Assembly (NCBI RefSeq): GCF_000017305.1
Contig: NC_009664.2
Span: forward strand, 1,770,001-1,802,000
Direction of reading: 5' to 3'
DNA length: 32,000 nucleotides
Origin: Kineococcus radiotolerans SRS30216 = ATCC BAA-149
GTDB lineage: Bacteria; Actinomycetota; Actinomycetes; Actinomycetales; Kineococcaceae
Shown here piece by piece: positions 1-8,286 of this stretch. Each line of letters begins with the position of its first letter. The first letter of the stretch is position 1. Position numbers and translations under genes: made by a program. A model generated the notes under the pieces. It was not told the origin of the DNA and ran no database searches. It worked only from the letters and a program-made list of their open reading frames with translations.

Positions 1-879
1 GATGCCGGCCGGCACCGAGTGCACGAGCCCGGCGACCACGGCCACGACGGCGCCGATGGTGGCGCCGACCAGCGGGATCAGGTCGGCGATGGCGACGAAC
101 AGGGCGATGAGGCCGGCGAAGGGGACACCGGCGATCTTCAGCACGGCGTAGGTGAGGACGCCGCAGATGGCGCTGATGAGGAGGTTCCCCGAGAGGTACC
201 CGGTGACCGACTTCGCGCAGTCCGCCCCCACGCTCCGCAGCCGGTGGGCCGTGGGCGCGTGGAAGAGGTTGACGAAGCCGTCGACGACCTTGGGGCCCTC
301 CAGCACCATGAGGAACGCGAGGACGAAGATCGACGCGGCGCCGGCCGCACTCGTGGCGACGCCGCTGAGCACCCCGGCGGCGGGGGTGGTCAGGCCGGTG
401 GCGAAGCTCCGGATGCGGTCCTGGTTGTCCTGCACGTAGGTCAGCGCGCCGGTCCGCTCCAGCAGGTTGCCGACGGGACCGCGACCCGCCCGGGCGTCGT
501 CGATGAGCTGGGGCAGCTGCCCGGCGAACTTCGTGCCCTCCTGGGCCAGCGGGACGACGAAGAGGGTCCCGATCCCGGCGAGCACCAGGACGATGACCAC
601 GAACACCAGGAGCGTGGCGAGGGAACGGCGCTTCCCGCCCAGCAGGCGGCGCTCCACCCACCCCACCACGGGGTAGAGGGCGATGGCGAAGAACGCCGCC
701 ACGACGATCCAGGTGAGCACCTGCAGGGTCTGCAGCACGATGTACAGCACCAGCGCCGTCGCCAGCAGGAGACCGATGGCGGTCAGGATGGTGCGGACGG
801 TTCCCGGGGAGGGGGCCCGCTCGTCGGAGACGCCGCCGAGGGCCGTCACCTCGCGGGGGGTTCCTGCGTCGTTGGTCAC
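1..879 (-). CDS. AI-2E family (PerM/UPF0118-type) integral membrane transporter; first 293 codons, 3' end beyond the left edge
   Basis: Absent from the ORF track because there is no stop in the window. The minus frame from GTG 879 runs without stops to base 1: VTNDAGTPRE...ILTAIGLLLATALVLYIVLQTLQVLTWIVVAAFFAIALYP...VTGYLSGNLLISAICGVLTYAVLKIAGVPFAGLIALFVAIADLIPLVGATIGAVV. The multi-TM pattern and the ADLIPxxG segment are typical of AI-2E transporters. The + ORF 19..894 is its G/D/E-rich shadow. The start codon is uncertain (no clear SD). Confidence 0.75.
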   Translation of the reverse strand, partial: MTNDAGTPREVTALGGVSDERAPSPGTVRTILTAIGLLLATALVLYIVLQTLQVLTWIVVAAFFAIALYPVVGWVERRLLGGKRRSLATLLVFVVIVLVLAGIGTLFVVPLAQEGTKFAGQLPQLIDDARAGRGPVGNLLERTGALTYVQDNQDRIRSFATGLTTPAAGVLSGVATSAAGAASIFVLAFLMVLEGPKVVDGFVNLFHAPTAHRLRSVGADCAKSVTGYLSGNLLISAICGVLTYAVLKIAGVPFAGLIALFVAIADLIPLVGATIGAVVAVVAGLVHSVPAGI

Positions 880-951
880 GAGGCACGATGGTGAGCCCGG
901 GAAACCACCGGCGCGCGCTGAAACCCCGGCCGGGTCCGGCGGGGCCGAGGT

Positions 952-1647
952 TCACAGCGCCGGCGTGGGGAGGTAGGCCAGTTCCGGGCGCCCGGACCCG
1001 CCGTAGCGGGGTTCGCGCCGGACCCGGCCCGCCGCCGAGAGGTGCTCCAGGTAGCGCCGGGCGCTGACCCGCGACAACCCCGTCGCCGCGGCCACCTCCG
1101 CCGCGGACAGCCCCTGCGACGACGGGGCGGTCCGCAGCGCCGCGACGACGGCCTGGAGGGTCGGGGCGGCCACCCCGCGACCGGGGGCGGCGGTGCGCAG
1201 CTGGGACAGCGCCTCGTCGATGGCCTGCTGGTCGATCCCGTGCTCGCCCGAGGCGGCGGCGACGTCGGCGCGGAACCGGGCGTAGGCGCGCAGCCGCTCC
1301 TCCAGCGCGGCGGCGGAGAAGGGTTTCAGCAGGTACTGCACGACGCCCATCGACAGCGCCTGCCGCACGGTGGCGGGTTCGCGGGCGGCGGTCACGGCGA
1401 TGACGTCGGCGGGCACGGCCGCCGCCCGCAGCGCGCGCAGCACCTGCAGCCCGTCGACGTCGGGCAGCGTCATGTCCAGCAGCACCAGGTCGATCGGGGT
1501 GTCGGCCCCGGCGGCCCCGACGGCGGCGAGCGCCTCGCGCCCGGAGTGGACGGCGGCGACGACCTCGAAGCCCGGGACGGCGGCGACCTTCTCGGCGTGC
1601 CCGGCGGCCAGCAGCGGGTCGTCCTCGACGACGAGGACGCGGATCAC
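952..1647 (-). CDS. Response regulator, CitB/DcuR family (receiver domain plus C-terminal HTH)
   Basis: Last 231 codons of track ORF 952..3315. The receiver domain reads VIRVLVVEDDPLL...DLVLLDMTLPDVDG...LLKPF. The C-terminal HTH reads GLSAAEVAAATGLSRVSARRYLEHL. GTG 1647 overlaps the kinase stop (GTGA). The upstream part of the track ORF is R/P-rich and overlaps the kinase gene out of frame. Confidence 0.9.
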   Translation of the reverse strand: MIRVLVVEDDPLLAAGHAEKVAAVPGFEVVAAVHSGREALAAVGAAGADTPIDLVLLDMTLPDVDGLQVLRALRAAAVPADVIAVTAAREPATVRQALSMGVVQYLLKPFSAAALEERLRAYARFRADVAAASGEHGIDQQAIDEALSQLRTAAPGRGVAAPTLQAVVAALRTAPSSQGLSAAEVAAATGLSRVSARRYLEHLSAAGRVRREPRYGGSGRPELAYLPTPAL

Positions 1648-3302
1648 CGGGCGCCCCCGGGCGGCGCGGCGAGGGGCAGGCGGACCACGATCGTCCCGCC
1701 GCCGTCGTCGAGGGTCACGGGTTCCTCCACGGCGATCGTCCCGCCGTGGCGGCGCACGACCTGCCCGACGAGGGCCAGCCCGAGGCCGTGGGAGCCCTCG
1801 GGGGCCAGGCGGTGCTCCTTGCGCGACCAGCCGCGCTGCATCGCCCGCTCCAGCCAGCCCGCGGGCAGCCCCTCCCCGGAGTCGGTGACCCGCACCTCGA
1901 CCTCGTCGCCGGCGGTGATCCGGACCCGGACCCAGCGGGGGTTCTCCCCGTCGAGGGCGGCCTCGACGGCGTTGTCGACGAGGTTGCCGACGACGGTGAC
2001 GAGGTCGCGGGCGGGCAGCAGCCCGTCGGCGAGGGCGGTGTCGGGTTCGACCTCGAGCTCCACGCCGCGCTCGTCGGCCTGCGCGGACTTCCCGATGAGC
2101 AGCGCCGCCACCGCGGGGTCGGCGACGTCGGCGACGACGAGGTCGGTGAGCTGCTGCGCGGCGGCGAGCTCGGAGGTGGCGAAGGCGACGGCCCGTTCGG
2201 GCTGGCCCTGCTCGACGAGGGTCACGACGACGTGGAGGCGGTTGGCGGCCTCGTGGGCCTGGGCGCGCAGCGCGTCGGCGAGGCCGCGGACGGCGTCGAG
2301 GTCGCGGGTGAGGGCCTGCAGCTCGGTGTGGTCGCGCAGGGTCACGACGGTGCCGACGCGGCGGCCCTCCCAGCGGGCGTCGAGGCGGTTGACGACGAGG
2401 ACGCGGTCGTCGGTGACCTGCAGGTCGTCGACGACGTCGCCGGGGGCGCCCAGCAGCCGCTGCACGGCGGGGGGCAGGTCCACCGACCCGTCGGCGGTGG
2501 CGGGCAGCAGCCGGCGGGCCTCGTCGTTGACGACCTGCACCCGGCCCGCGGGGTCGAGCACGACGAGCCCCTCGCGCAGGGAGTGCAGGACGGCGTCGTT
2601 GACCTCCCACAGCCGGGTGAGGTCGGCGGGTTCGAGGCCGTGGGTGGCGCGGCGCACCCACCGCGAGAGGGCCCAGGACCCCGCCACCGACAGCGCGAGG
2701 GCCAGGGCGAGGGCGAGCAGCAGGACGGGCAGGCGGTCGAGGAGGTCGGCGGTGACCGAGCGCGTCGTGACCCCCACGGCGACGGCGCCCACGACCCGCC
2801 CGTCCGCGGCGCGCACGGGCAGCACGGCCCGCACCGAGGGGCCGAGGGTTCCGGTGTAGGTCTCCACGACGCGGCCCCCGGCGAGGGCGGCCTCGGCGTG
2901 GCCGAGGAAGGGCCGCCCGACCTCGGCGGGGTCGGGGTGGGTCCAGCGGATCGCGTCGCGGTCCATGACGGTGACGAAGTCGACGCCGGTCGCGGCGCGG
3001 ACGGACTCCACGTAGTCCCGGACGGCGACGCGGTCGGCGCCCGGGGGGTCGGCGAGGCCCTCGCGCACCGGCGGGGCCTGGGCGACGGCGGCGGCGACGT
3101 CGGTGACCTCGACGCTCGCATCGCGGCGGGTGTCCGCGCGCAGCTGCCACCCCAGCGCGGCCGTCGCTCCGAGGACGACGACGAGGACGACGAGCAGCTG
3201 CAGGACGAGGACGCGGGAGGCGAGGGTCCAGCGCCGGCCGGCGCGGACGTGAACGAAACGACCGGAAGGAGGCGCGAGCCGGCGGCGTGTGAGCACCATC
3301 AC
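1644..3302 (-). CDS. Sensor histidine kinase, CitA/DcuS/DctS family (C4-dicarboxylate/citrate type)
   Basis: Track ORF of 552 aa. Two TM segments flank a sensor domain of about 170 aa. The H-box LRAQAHEAANRLHVVVTLVE is the type found in CitA/DcuS kinases. ATPase motifs are VDNAVEA, DSGEG and GLGLALV. The start is GTG 3302 or ATG 3299. Confidence 0.9.
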   Translation of the reverse strand: MMVLTRRRLAPPSGRFVHVRAGRRWTLASRVLVLQLLVVLVVVLGATAALGWQLRADTRRDASVEVTDVAAAVAQAPPVREGLADPPGADRVAVRDYVESVRAATGVDFVTVMDRDAIRWTHPDPAEVGRPFLGHAEAALAGGRVVETYTGTLGPSVRAVLPVRAADGRVVGAVAVGVTTRSVTADLLDRLPVLLLALALALALSVAGSWALSRWVRRATHGLEPADLTRLWEVNDAVLHSLREGLVVLDPAGRVQVVNDEARRLLPATADGSVDLPPAVQRLLGAPGDVVDDLQVTDDRVLVVNRLDARWEGRRVGTVVTLRDHTELQALTRDLDAVRGLADALRAQAHEAANRLHVVVTLVEQGQPERAVAFATSELAAAQQLTDLVVADVADPAVAALLIGKSAQADERGVELEVEPDTALADGLLPARDLVTVVGNLVDNAVEAALDGENPRWVRVRITAGDEVEVRVTDSGEGLPAGWLERAMQRGWSRKEHRLAPEGSHGLGLALVGQVVRRHGGTIAVEEPVTLDDGGGTIVVRLPLAAPPGGAR

Positions 3303-3349
3303 TCCAGTCGTTCACCCCCAGCTGTCCCGGACGTCACCGAGAGGGTCCC

Positions 3350-4720
3350 ATGAGCACAGGCGCTCAGAACCAGTCTTCTGCGGTCTCCGTCGTGAAGAAG
3401 CGCGACCGCACCCACTTCCTGTACATCGCGGTGATCGTCGCGGTCGCCCTCGGCATCGCGGTCGGGCTGCTCTTCCCCGAGGTCGGCAAGGAGCTGAAGC
3501 CGCTCGGCACGGGCTTCGTCGCCCTGGTCAAGATGATGATCGCCCCGATCATCTTCTGCACCATCGTGCTGGGCATCGGGTCGGTGCGGGCCGCGGCCCA
3601 GGTCGGCCGGGTCGGCGGCACGGCCCTGCTGTACTTCCTCGTGATGAGCGGTTTCGCCCTCGTCATCGGTCTCGTGGTGGGCAACCTGCTGCCGGTCACC
3701 GACCTGCAGCTGACCGACGACCTGCGCGGCGAGGGCGCCAAGCTCGCCGAGAAGGCCCACGAGAGCGGCGGGACCACCGACTTCCTGCTCGGCATCATCC
3801 CGACCACGCTGTTCTCGGCCCTCACGGCCGGTTCGGTGCTCCAAGCGCTGTTCGTGGCCCTGCTGGTGGGCTTCGCCATCCAGGCCCTCGGCGAGGCCGG
3901 CCAGGTCGCGCTGCGGGCGATCGAGACGATCAAGAAGGTCGTCTTCAAGGTGCTGGCCATGGTCATGTGGGTCGCTCCCATCGGCGCCTTCGGGGCCATC
4001 GCGGCCGTCGTCGGGGAGACGGGCGTCGACGCCCTCAAGGCGCTGGCGACGGTGATGATCGGCTTCTACGTCACCTGCGCGCTGTTCATCTTCATCGTCC
4101 TGGGGCTGCTGCTGCGGGTCGTCGCGAAGCTGTCGATCTTCAAGGTCCTCCGGTACGTGGCCCGCGAGCTGCTGCTCATCGTCTCGACGTCCTCCTCCGA
4201 GACGGCGCTGCCGCGCCTCATCGCGAAGATGGAGCACGCCGGCGTCCACAAGTCGACGGTCGGCATCACCGTCCCCACGGGCTACTCCTTCAACCTCGAC
4301 GGCACCGCGATCTACCTGACGATGGCCTCGCTGTTCATCGCCAACTCCCTCGGCACCCCGCTGTCGATCGGCGAGCAGATCTCGCTGCTGGTGTTCATGG
4401 TCATCGCCTCCAAGGGCGCCGCCGGGGTCTCCGGCGCCGGGCTGGCCACGCTGGCCGGTGGCCTCGCCTCGCACAAGCCCGCGCTGCTGGACGGCGTCGG
4501 CCTCATCGTCGGCATCGACCGCTTCATGTCCGAGGCCCGCGCGATCACCAACTTCATCGGCAACACGGTGGGCACCCTGGTCATCGCGACCTGGAGCCGC
4601 ACCCTGGACCGGGAGCAGCTCACCGAGGTGCTGGCCGGGCGCCGCCCGTTCGACGAGACCTCCATGGACCCCACGCACCACGCCCCGGCGCCGGCGGAGG
4701 TCCGCGTCCCCGTCCCCTGA
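3350..4720 (+). CDS. dctA: C4-dicarboxylate:cation symporter DctA (DAACS family)
   Basis: Track ORF of 456 aa. It carries DAACS hallmarks: MMIAPIIFCTIV, SSSETALP, PTGYSFNLDGT and IVGIDRFMSEARAITNFIGN. An SD-like GAGAGGG lies 5 nt upstream of the ATG. It is divergent from the dicarboxylate-type two-component pair. Confidence 0.95.
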   Translation: MSTGAQNQSSAVSVVKKRDRTHFLYIAVIVAVALGIAVGLLFPEVGKELKPLGTGFVALVKMMIAPIIFCTIVLGIGSVRAAAQVGRVGGTALLYFLVMSGFALVIGLVVGNLLPVTDLQLTDDLRGEGAKLAEKAHESGGTTDFLLGIIPTTLFSALTAGSVLQALFVALLVGFAIQALGEAGQVALRAIETIKKVVFKVLAMVMWVAPIGAFGAIAAVVGETGVDALKALATVMIGFYVTCALFIFIVLGLLLRVVAKLSIFKVLRYVARELLLIVSTSSSETALPRLIAKMEHAGVHKSTVGITVPTGYSFNLDGTAIYLTMASLFIANSLGTPLSIGEQISLLVFMVIASKGAAGVSGAGLATLAGGLASHKPALLDGVGLIVGIDRFMSEARAITNFIGNTVGTLVIATWSRTLDREQLTEVLAGRRPFDETSMDPTHHAPAPAEVRVPVP

Positions 4721-4754
4721 GGACGGCGACCCGCGTCCCGCCCCCGACGTCGCG

Positions 4755-4782
4755 CGCCCCGGCCGGTCCTCCGGCCGGGGCG
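4755..4782. terminator. GC hairpin between convergent dctA and metX (candidate bidirectional terminator)
   Basis: gccccggccgg (4756-4766), loop tcct, ccggccggggc (4771-4781) form a perfect 11-bp stem, extended by c4755/g4782. It is nested inside an outer pairing gtcccgccc (4735-4743) / gggcgggac (4793-4801). There is no U tract. Confidence 0.55.
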
Positions 4783-4809
4783 TCCTGCGTGCGGGCGGGA
4801 CCGGGACGT

Positions 4810-6060
4810 TCAGCGCGAGCCGAGCTCCAGCACCTCGGTGACCAGCGGCGCGATCTGCTCGGCCTCCAGCAGGAACCCGTCGTGACCCGCGGTCGAGGTG
4901 ACGACCCGCAGGCCCCCGACGGCCGCGGGGGCGGCGTCGACGATGCGCTGGGAGTCCGCGACCGGGTAGAGGCGGTCGGAGTCCACGGCCGCGACGACCA
5001 TCGGCACCGCGACGGCGGCGAGCGCGGCCTCGGTGCCGCCGCGCCCCAGGCCGACGTCCCAGGTGTTCAGGGCGTCGGTGAGGGCGACGTAGCTGCCGGC
5101 GTCGAAGCGGCGCACGAGCTTGTCGGCGTGGTGGTCGAGGTAGCTCTGCACGGCGTAGCGGCCCGGGGCGGTGGGCGAGAGGGGGTCCTCGCCGAGCTGG
5201 GCGGCGCGCCCGAAGCGCGCGTCGAGCTCGGCGGCGCTGCGGTAGGACAGGTGGGCGAGGCGGCGGGCCAGCCCGAGGCCGGTGTGCGGGCCCTGCCCGT
5301 CGGGTCGGTCGTGGTAGTCCCCGCCGTGCCAGCCGGGGTCGGAGAGGATCGCGGTGAGCTGGGCGCTCTGGGCGCCGATCTGGTCCGCGCCCGAGGCCGC
5401 GGTGGTGGCGAGGACGAGCGCCGCCCCGACGCGGTCCGGTTGCGCCGCGGCCCACTCCAGGGACCGCATCCCGCCCATGGAACCGCCGAGGACGGCCGCG
5501 AACCGGGGGATCCCGAGGACGTCGGCGAGGCGGGCCTCGGCGGCGACCTGGTCGGCGACGGTGATCCGTGGGAACGCCGAGCCCCACGGCCGGCCGGTGC
5601 CGGGGCGGGTGGAGGCGGGACCGGTGGAGCCCTGGCAGCCGCCGACGACGTTGGCCGCGACGACGAACCAGCGGTCGGTGTCGACGGCCCGGCCGGGGCC
5701 GACCAGCGCGGACCACCAGCCGGGGCTGGGGTGCCCGGGCCCGGCGCCGCCGCTGACGTGGGCGTCGCCGGTCAGGGCGTGCTCGACGAGGACGGCGTTG
5801 GAGGCGTCGGCGTCCAGCGTCCCCCAGGTCTCGTAGGCCAGCCGCACCTGCGGCAGGACCCCGCCCAGCTGCAGCGGGAGGTCCCCGACGTCGGCGAACC
5901 GCCTGCGCCCCACGGGGTCGCCCTCGCGCCAGGCCCCGCTGGCGGGGGGCACCCGGGGCGCGAGGGCGCGCGCCACCACGCCGGCCGCCTCCGGGGGCAG
6001 CTGCCCCGGGACGTCCGGAGCCAGCTCGCGCGCACCCGCACCCACGTCGACGACCACCAC
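4810..6060 (-). CDS. metX: Homoserine O-acetyltransferase MetX
   Basis: Track ORF of 416 aa. It reads LVEHALTGDAHV...GPGHPSPGWW...VVAANVVGGCQGSTGP...GGSMGGMRSLEW...GHDGFL, an alpha/beta fold with the GxSxG nucleophile as in actinobacterial MetX. It lies directly downstream of metY. The start at GTG 6060 is the longest option and an internal GTG is possible. Confidence 0.9.
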   Translation of the reverse strand: MVVVDVGAGARELAPDVPGQLPPEAAGVVARALAPRVPPASGAWREGDPVGRRRFADVGDLPLQLGGVLPQVRLAYETWGTLDADASNAVLVEHALTGDAHVSGGAGPGHPSPGWWSALVGPGRAVDTDRWFVVAANVVGGCQGSTGPASTRPGTGRPWGSAFPRITVADQVAAEARLADVLGIPRFAAVLGGSMGGMRSLEWAAAQPDRVGAALVLATTAASGADQIGAQSAQLTAILSDPGWHGGDYHDRPDGQGPHTGLGLARRLAHLSYRSAAELDARFGRAAQLGEDPLSPTAPGRYAVQSYLDHHADKLVRRFDAGSYVALTDALNTWDVGLGRGGTEAALAAVAVPMVVAAVDSDRLYPVADSQRIVDAAPAAVGGLRVVTSTAGHDGFLLEAEQIAPLVTEVLELGSR

Positions 6061-6104
6061 TCCTGCTCGACTCCCCGCTCGGTCCCAGTGTCCCTGACGC
6101 GGGT

Positions 6105-7490
6105 TCAGGCGGGGGTGTCGTTCAGGGCGGGTGCCGCGGTGAGGGCGGTGGAGGCGTCCACGGCGGCCGCGGCGGCGGCGAACCCGACCCGCAGGTCGGC
6201 GAGGACGTCCTCGATCCCCTCCAGCCCCACGGCGAGGCGCACCAGGCCCGGCGTGACCCCCGAGGCGAGCTGCGCCTCCGGGGTGAGCTGGCTGTGGGTG
6301 GTGGAGGCGGGGTGGATGACGAGGGAGCGGACGTCGCCGATGTTCGCGACGTGGCTGTGCAGGACGAGGGCGTCGACGAACGCCTTCCCGGCCGCGACCC
6401 CGCCGGCGATCTCGAAGGCGAGCACCGCCCCGGAGCCCTTGGGGGCGTACTTCCGCTGCTGGGCGTGCCAGGGCGAGGACGGCAGCGAGGCGTGGTTGAC
6501 GGACAGCACGTCGTCGCGGGCGTCGAGGAACTCCGCGACGGCCTGCGCGTTCCGCACGTGGCGCTCCATCCGCAGCGACAGCGTCTCCAGGCCCTGGGCG
6601 ATGAGGAAGGCGTTGAAGGGGGCGACGGCCGGACCGAGGTCGCGCAGCAGCTGCACGCGCAGCTTGGTGAGGTAGGCGGCGGGCCCGACGGCGTCGGTGA
6701 AGACGACGCCGTGGTAGCTGGGGTCGGGGGTGGTGAGGCCGGGGAAGCGGCCGGAGGCGGCCCAGTCGAAGCGGCCGGAGTCGACGACGACGCCGGCGAC
6801 GCTGGTGCCGTGCCCGCCGAGGTACTTCGTCGCCGAGTGCACGACGACGTCGGCGCCGTGCTCGAAGGGGCGGATCAGGTACGGGGTGGCGATGGTGTTG
6901 TCGACGACGAGCGGGACGCCGTGCTCGTGGGCGACGGCCGCGACGACCTCGAGGTCGAGGACGTCCCCGGCGGGGTTGGAGATCGTCTCGCCGTAGAACA
7001 GCTTCGTCTCCGGGCGCACGGCCGCGGCCCAGGAGGCGGCGTCGTCGGGGTCCTCGACGAAGGTCACCGAGATGCCCATCTTGGGCAGGGTGTGGTGGAA
7101 GAGGTTGTGGGTGCCGCCGTAGAGGCGGGGGCTGGAGACGACGTGGTCGCCGACGGAGGCGATGTTGAGGATCGCCAGGGTCTCGGCGGCCTGGCCGGAG
7201 GCGACGAGCAGCGCGCCGATCCCGCCCTCGAGCGCGGCGATGCGCTGCTCGACGGCGTCCTGGGTCGGGTTCATGATCCGCGTGTAGATGTTGCCGGCCT
7301 CGGCCAGCCCGAACAGCGCGGCGGCGTGGTCGGTGTCGCGGAAGGCGTAGCTGGTCGTCTGGTAGATCGGCAGCGCGCGGGCGCCGGTGGCCGGGTCGGG
7401 CGCCTGGCCGGCGTGGATCTGGAGGGTCTCGAAGCTCCAGGTCGACGGGTCGACGGCGGGCGCGCCGGCAGGGGTGGGCTGGTCGTTCAC
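6105..7490 (-). CDS. metY: O-acetylhomoserine sulfhydrylase (aminocarboxypropyltransferase) MetY, PLP-dependent
   Basis: Within track ORF 6105..7769. It reads WSFETLQIHAGQ...YTRIMNPT...SATKYLGGHG (PLP lysine)...IRLAVGLE. I trimmed the start to GTG 7490, which is preceded by GGAGGA with a 5-nt spacer. The 93 upstream codons are R/P/A-rich and unlike MetY. Confidence 0.92.
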   Translation of the reverse strand: MNDQPTPAGAPAVDPSTWSFETLQIHAGQAPDPATGARALPIYQTTSYAFRDTDHAAALFGLAEAGNIYTRIMNPTQDAVEQRIAALEGGIGALLVASGQAAETLAILNIASVGDHVVSSPRLYGGTHNLFHHTLPKMGISVTFVEDPDDAASWAAAVRPETKLFYGETISNPAGDVLDLEVVAAVAHEHGVPLVVDNTIATPYLIRPFEHGADVVVHSATKYLGGHGTSVAGVVVDSGRFDWAASGRFPGLTTPDPSYHGVVFTDAVGPAAYLTKLRVQLLRDLGPAVAPFNAFLIAQGLETLSLRMERHVRNAQAVAEFLDARDDVLSVNHASLPSSPWHAQQRKYAPKGSGAVLAFEIAGGVAAGKAFVDALVLHSHVANIGDVRSLVIHPASTTHSQLTPEAQLASGVTPGLVRLAVGLEGIEDVLADLRVGFAAAAAAVDASTALTAAPALNDTPA

Positions 7491-7800
7491 GGGGGTCCTC
7501 CGGTTCGGCGGGGTGGGTGCGGGCGCTCTCAGGAGCGCCGACACCACCCGTCGAAGAGGTACGGACGTCGGCCCGGCCAGAAGGGGTCGAGGACGACCAG
7601 GCGCGGGAGCACGTCCCGATGGTGCCGCCGCGGGGAACCCGGAGGCAACTCCTCGCCGCCCCCGCCGCGCCGGTGCGGTCCCGGCGCCCGGCGCACCCCC
7701 CTCATGATCCACCCAGAGTGTTCCGGCGAACACACGGCGAAACCAGCACGAGTCTGGCAGTCTGACCACGCAACGCTCCGCGGTTGCGCGATCACTTTCA
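7491..7800 (-). promoter_or_regulatory. Long GC-rich 5' leader of metY-metX; candidate cis-regulatory RNA of unresolved class
   Basis: About 355 nt lie between the metY start and the divergent gene start. The minus-strand transcript contains GGAUCAUGAG (7701-7710) followed by the hairpin GGUGCG...CGCACC (7672-7697). A long hairpin sits at 7511-7549 (GGCGCUC-CUGA-GAGCGCC core) about 20 nt before the SD. I could not find the other conserved SAM-I/SAM-IV core motifs. Confidence 0.3.
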
Positions 7801-7846
7801 GCTTCGCCTTTCCTCCGAGCACCTACTAGCCAGTTGTGGAGCGTCC

Positions 7847-8203
7847 ATGGACGACCAGCGCACCCCCACCGGGGAGGGCGCGGCCCGGGTGGCCGACGAC
7901 TCGATCCAGCTCGTCCGCTGGGACGCCCCGCCCTGGGCGTCGCGCGGGCTGGAGGTCGAGGGCGGCTGGCTGCACAGCTACGAGGCCCGCACCGTGCCCC
8001 TCGAGGGCGACGAGGGCGCCGAGCGCCCCTGCCCGGTGCGCCTGGAGTCCACCGACCTCGCCTACGCCGAGCACGGGCAGACCGTCCTGCGCCGCTTCGG
8101 ACCGCGGGTCTTCGTCGGCGACCTCGCCCAGCTGTCCCTGCCCGAGGCCCGCCGCCTCGTCGACGCGCTGAGCGAGGTCATCGACCGCGCCGAGGGTCGC
8201 TGA
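7847..8203 (+). CDS. Hypothetical protein (118 aa, acidic, no recognised domain)
   Basis: An internal ATG of track ORF 7784..8203, preceded by GGAG 6 nt upstream. Third codon positions are almost all G/C. The sequence MDDQRTPTGEGAARVADDSIQLVRWDAPPW... has no motif I recognise. Confidence 0.6.
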   Translation: MDDQRTPTGEGAARVADDSIQLVRWDAPPWASRGLEVEGGWLHSYEARTVPLEGDEGAERPCPVRLESTDLAYAEHGQTVLRRFGPRVFVGDLAQLSLPEARRLVDALSEVIDRAEGR

Positions 8204-8238
8204 ACCCTCCCGGCGGCCGGGGAGCGCCGAGCCCCCCG

Positions 8239-8263
8239 GGTGCCGGCGCGGGACGCCGGCACC
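8239..8263 (+). terminator. Hairpin downstream of the hypothetical gene
   Basis: g-gtgccggcg (8239-8248), loop cggga, cgccggcac-c (8254-8263) form a perfect 10-bp stem. There is no U tract. It ends 24 nt before the next start codon. Confidence 0.4.
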
Positions 8264-8286
8264 GCCCGGCCCGGTAGCTTGCGCCC

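Noticed and set aside
3264-3272. Strong SD-like GGAAGGAGG on the + strand just upstream of dctA.
   Set aside because: It lies inside the kinase coding region (the minus frame reads PPSGRF). The nearest + strand starts are GTG 3287, followed immediately by TGA, and GTG 3289, which is 16 nt away and opens the junk 1128-aa ORF. It is 77 nt from the dctA ATG, which has its own SD.
19-3353. ORFs 19..894 (+), 1042..2859 (+), 1746..3353 (+) and 2342..3121 (-), plus the 5' two-thirds of ORF 952..3315 (-).
   Set aside because: They are shadows of the AI-2E transporter, the response regulator and the kinase genes. The 787-aa ORF is real only from GTG 1647 onward. Upstream of that it overlaps the kinase gene in another frame and encodes R/P repeats.
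3289-6675. 1128-aa + strand ORF spanning dctA, metX and part of metY. The similar long ORFs 3299..5716 (-) and 6294..7829 (+) fall in the same category.
   Set aside because: The translations are Arg/Gly/Pro/Asp-rich low-complexity sequence with no motifs. They run out of frame or antisense to genes with unmistakable family signatures (DctA, MetX, MetY). They are typical stop-codon-poor shadow frames of very GC-rich DNA.
7672-7710. Calling the metY leader a canonical SAM-IV (or SAM-I) riboswitch.
   Set aside because: Only the AUCAUGAG-like element and a following hairpin match. I could not find the GGCAACC and GGUGC(C) core elements or a convincing P1 3' strand by eye. The sequence GUUGCC is present only as the reverse complement of GGCAAC. 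I kept it as an open candidate instead of a class assignment.
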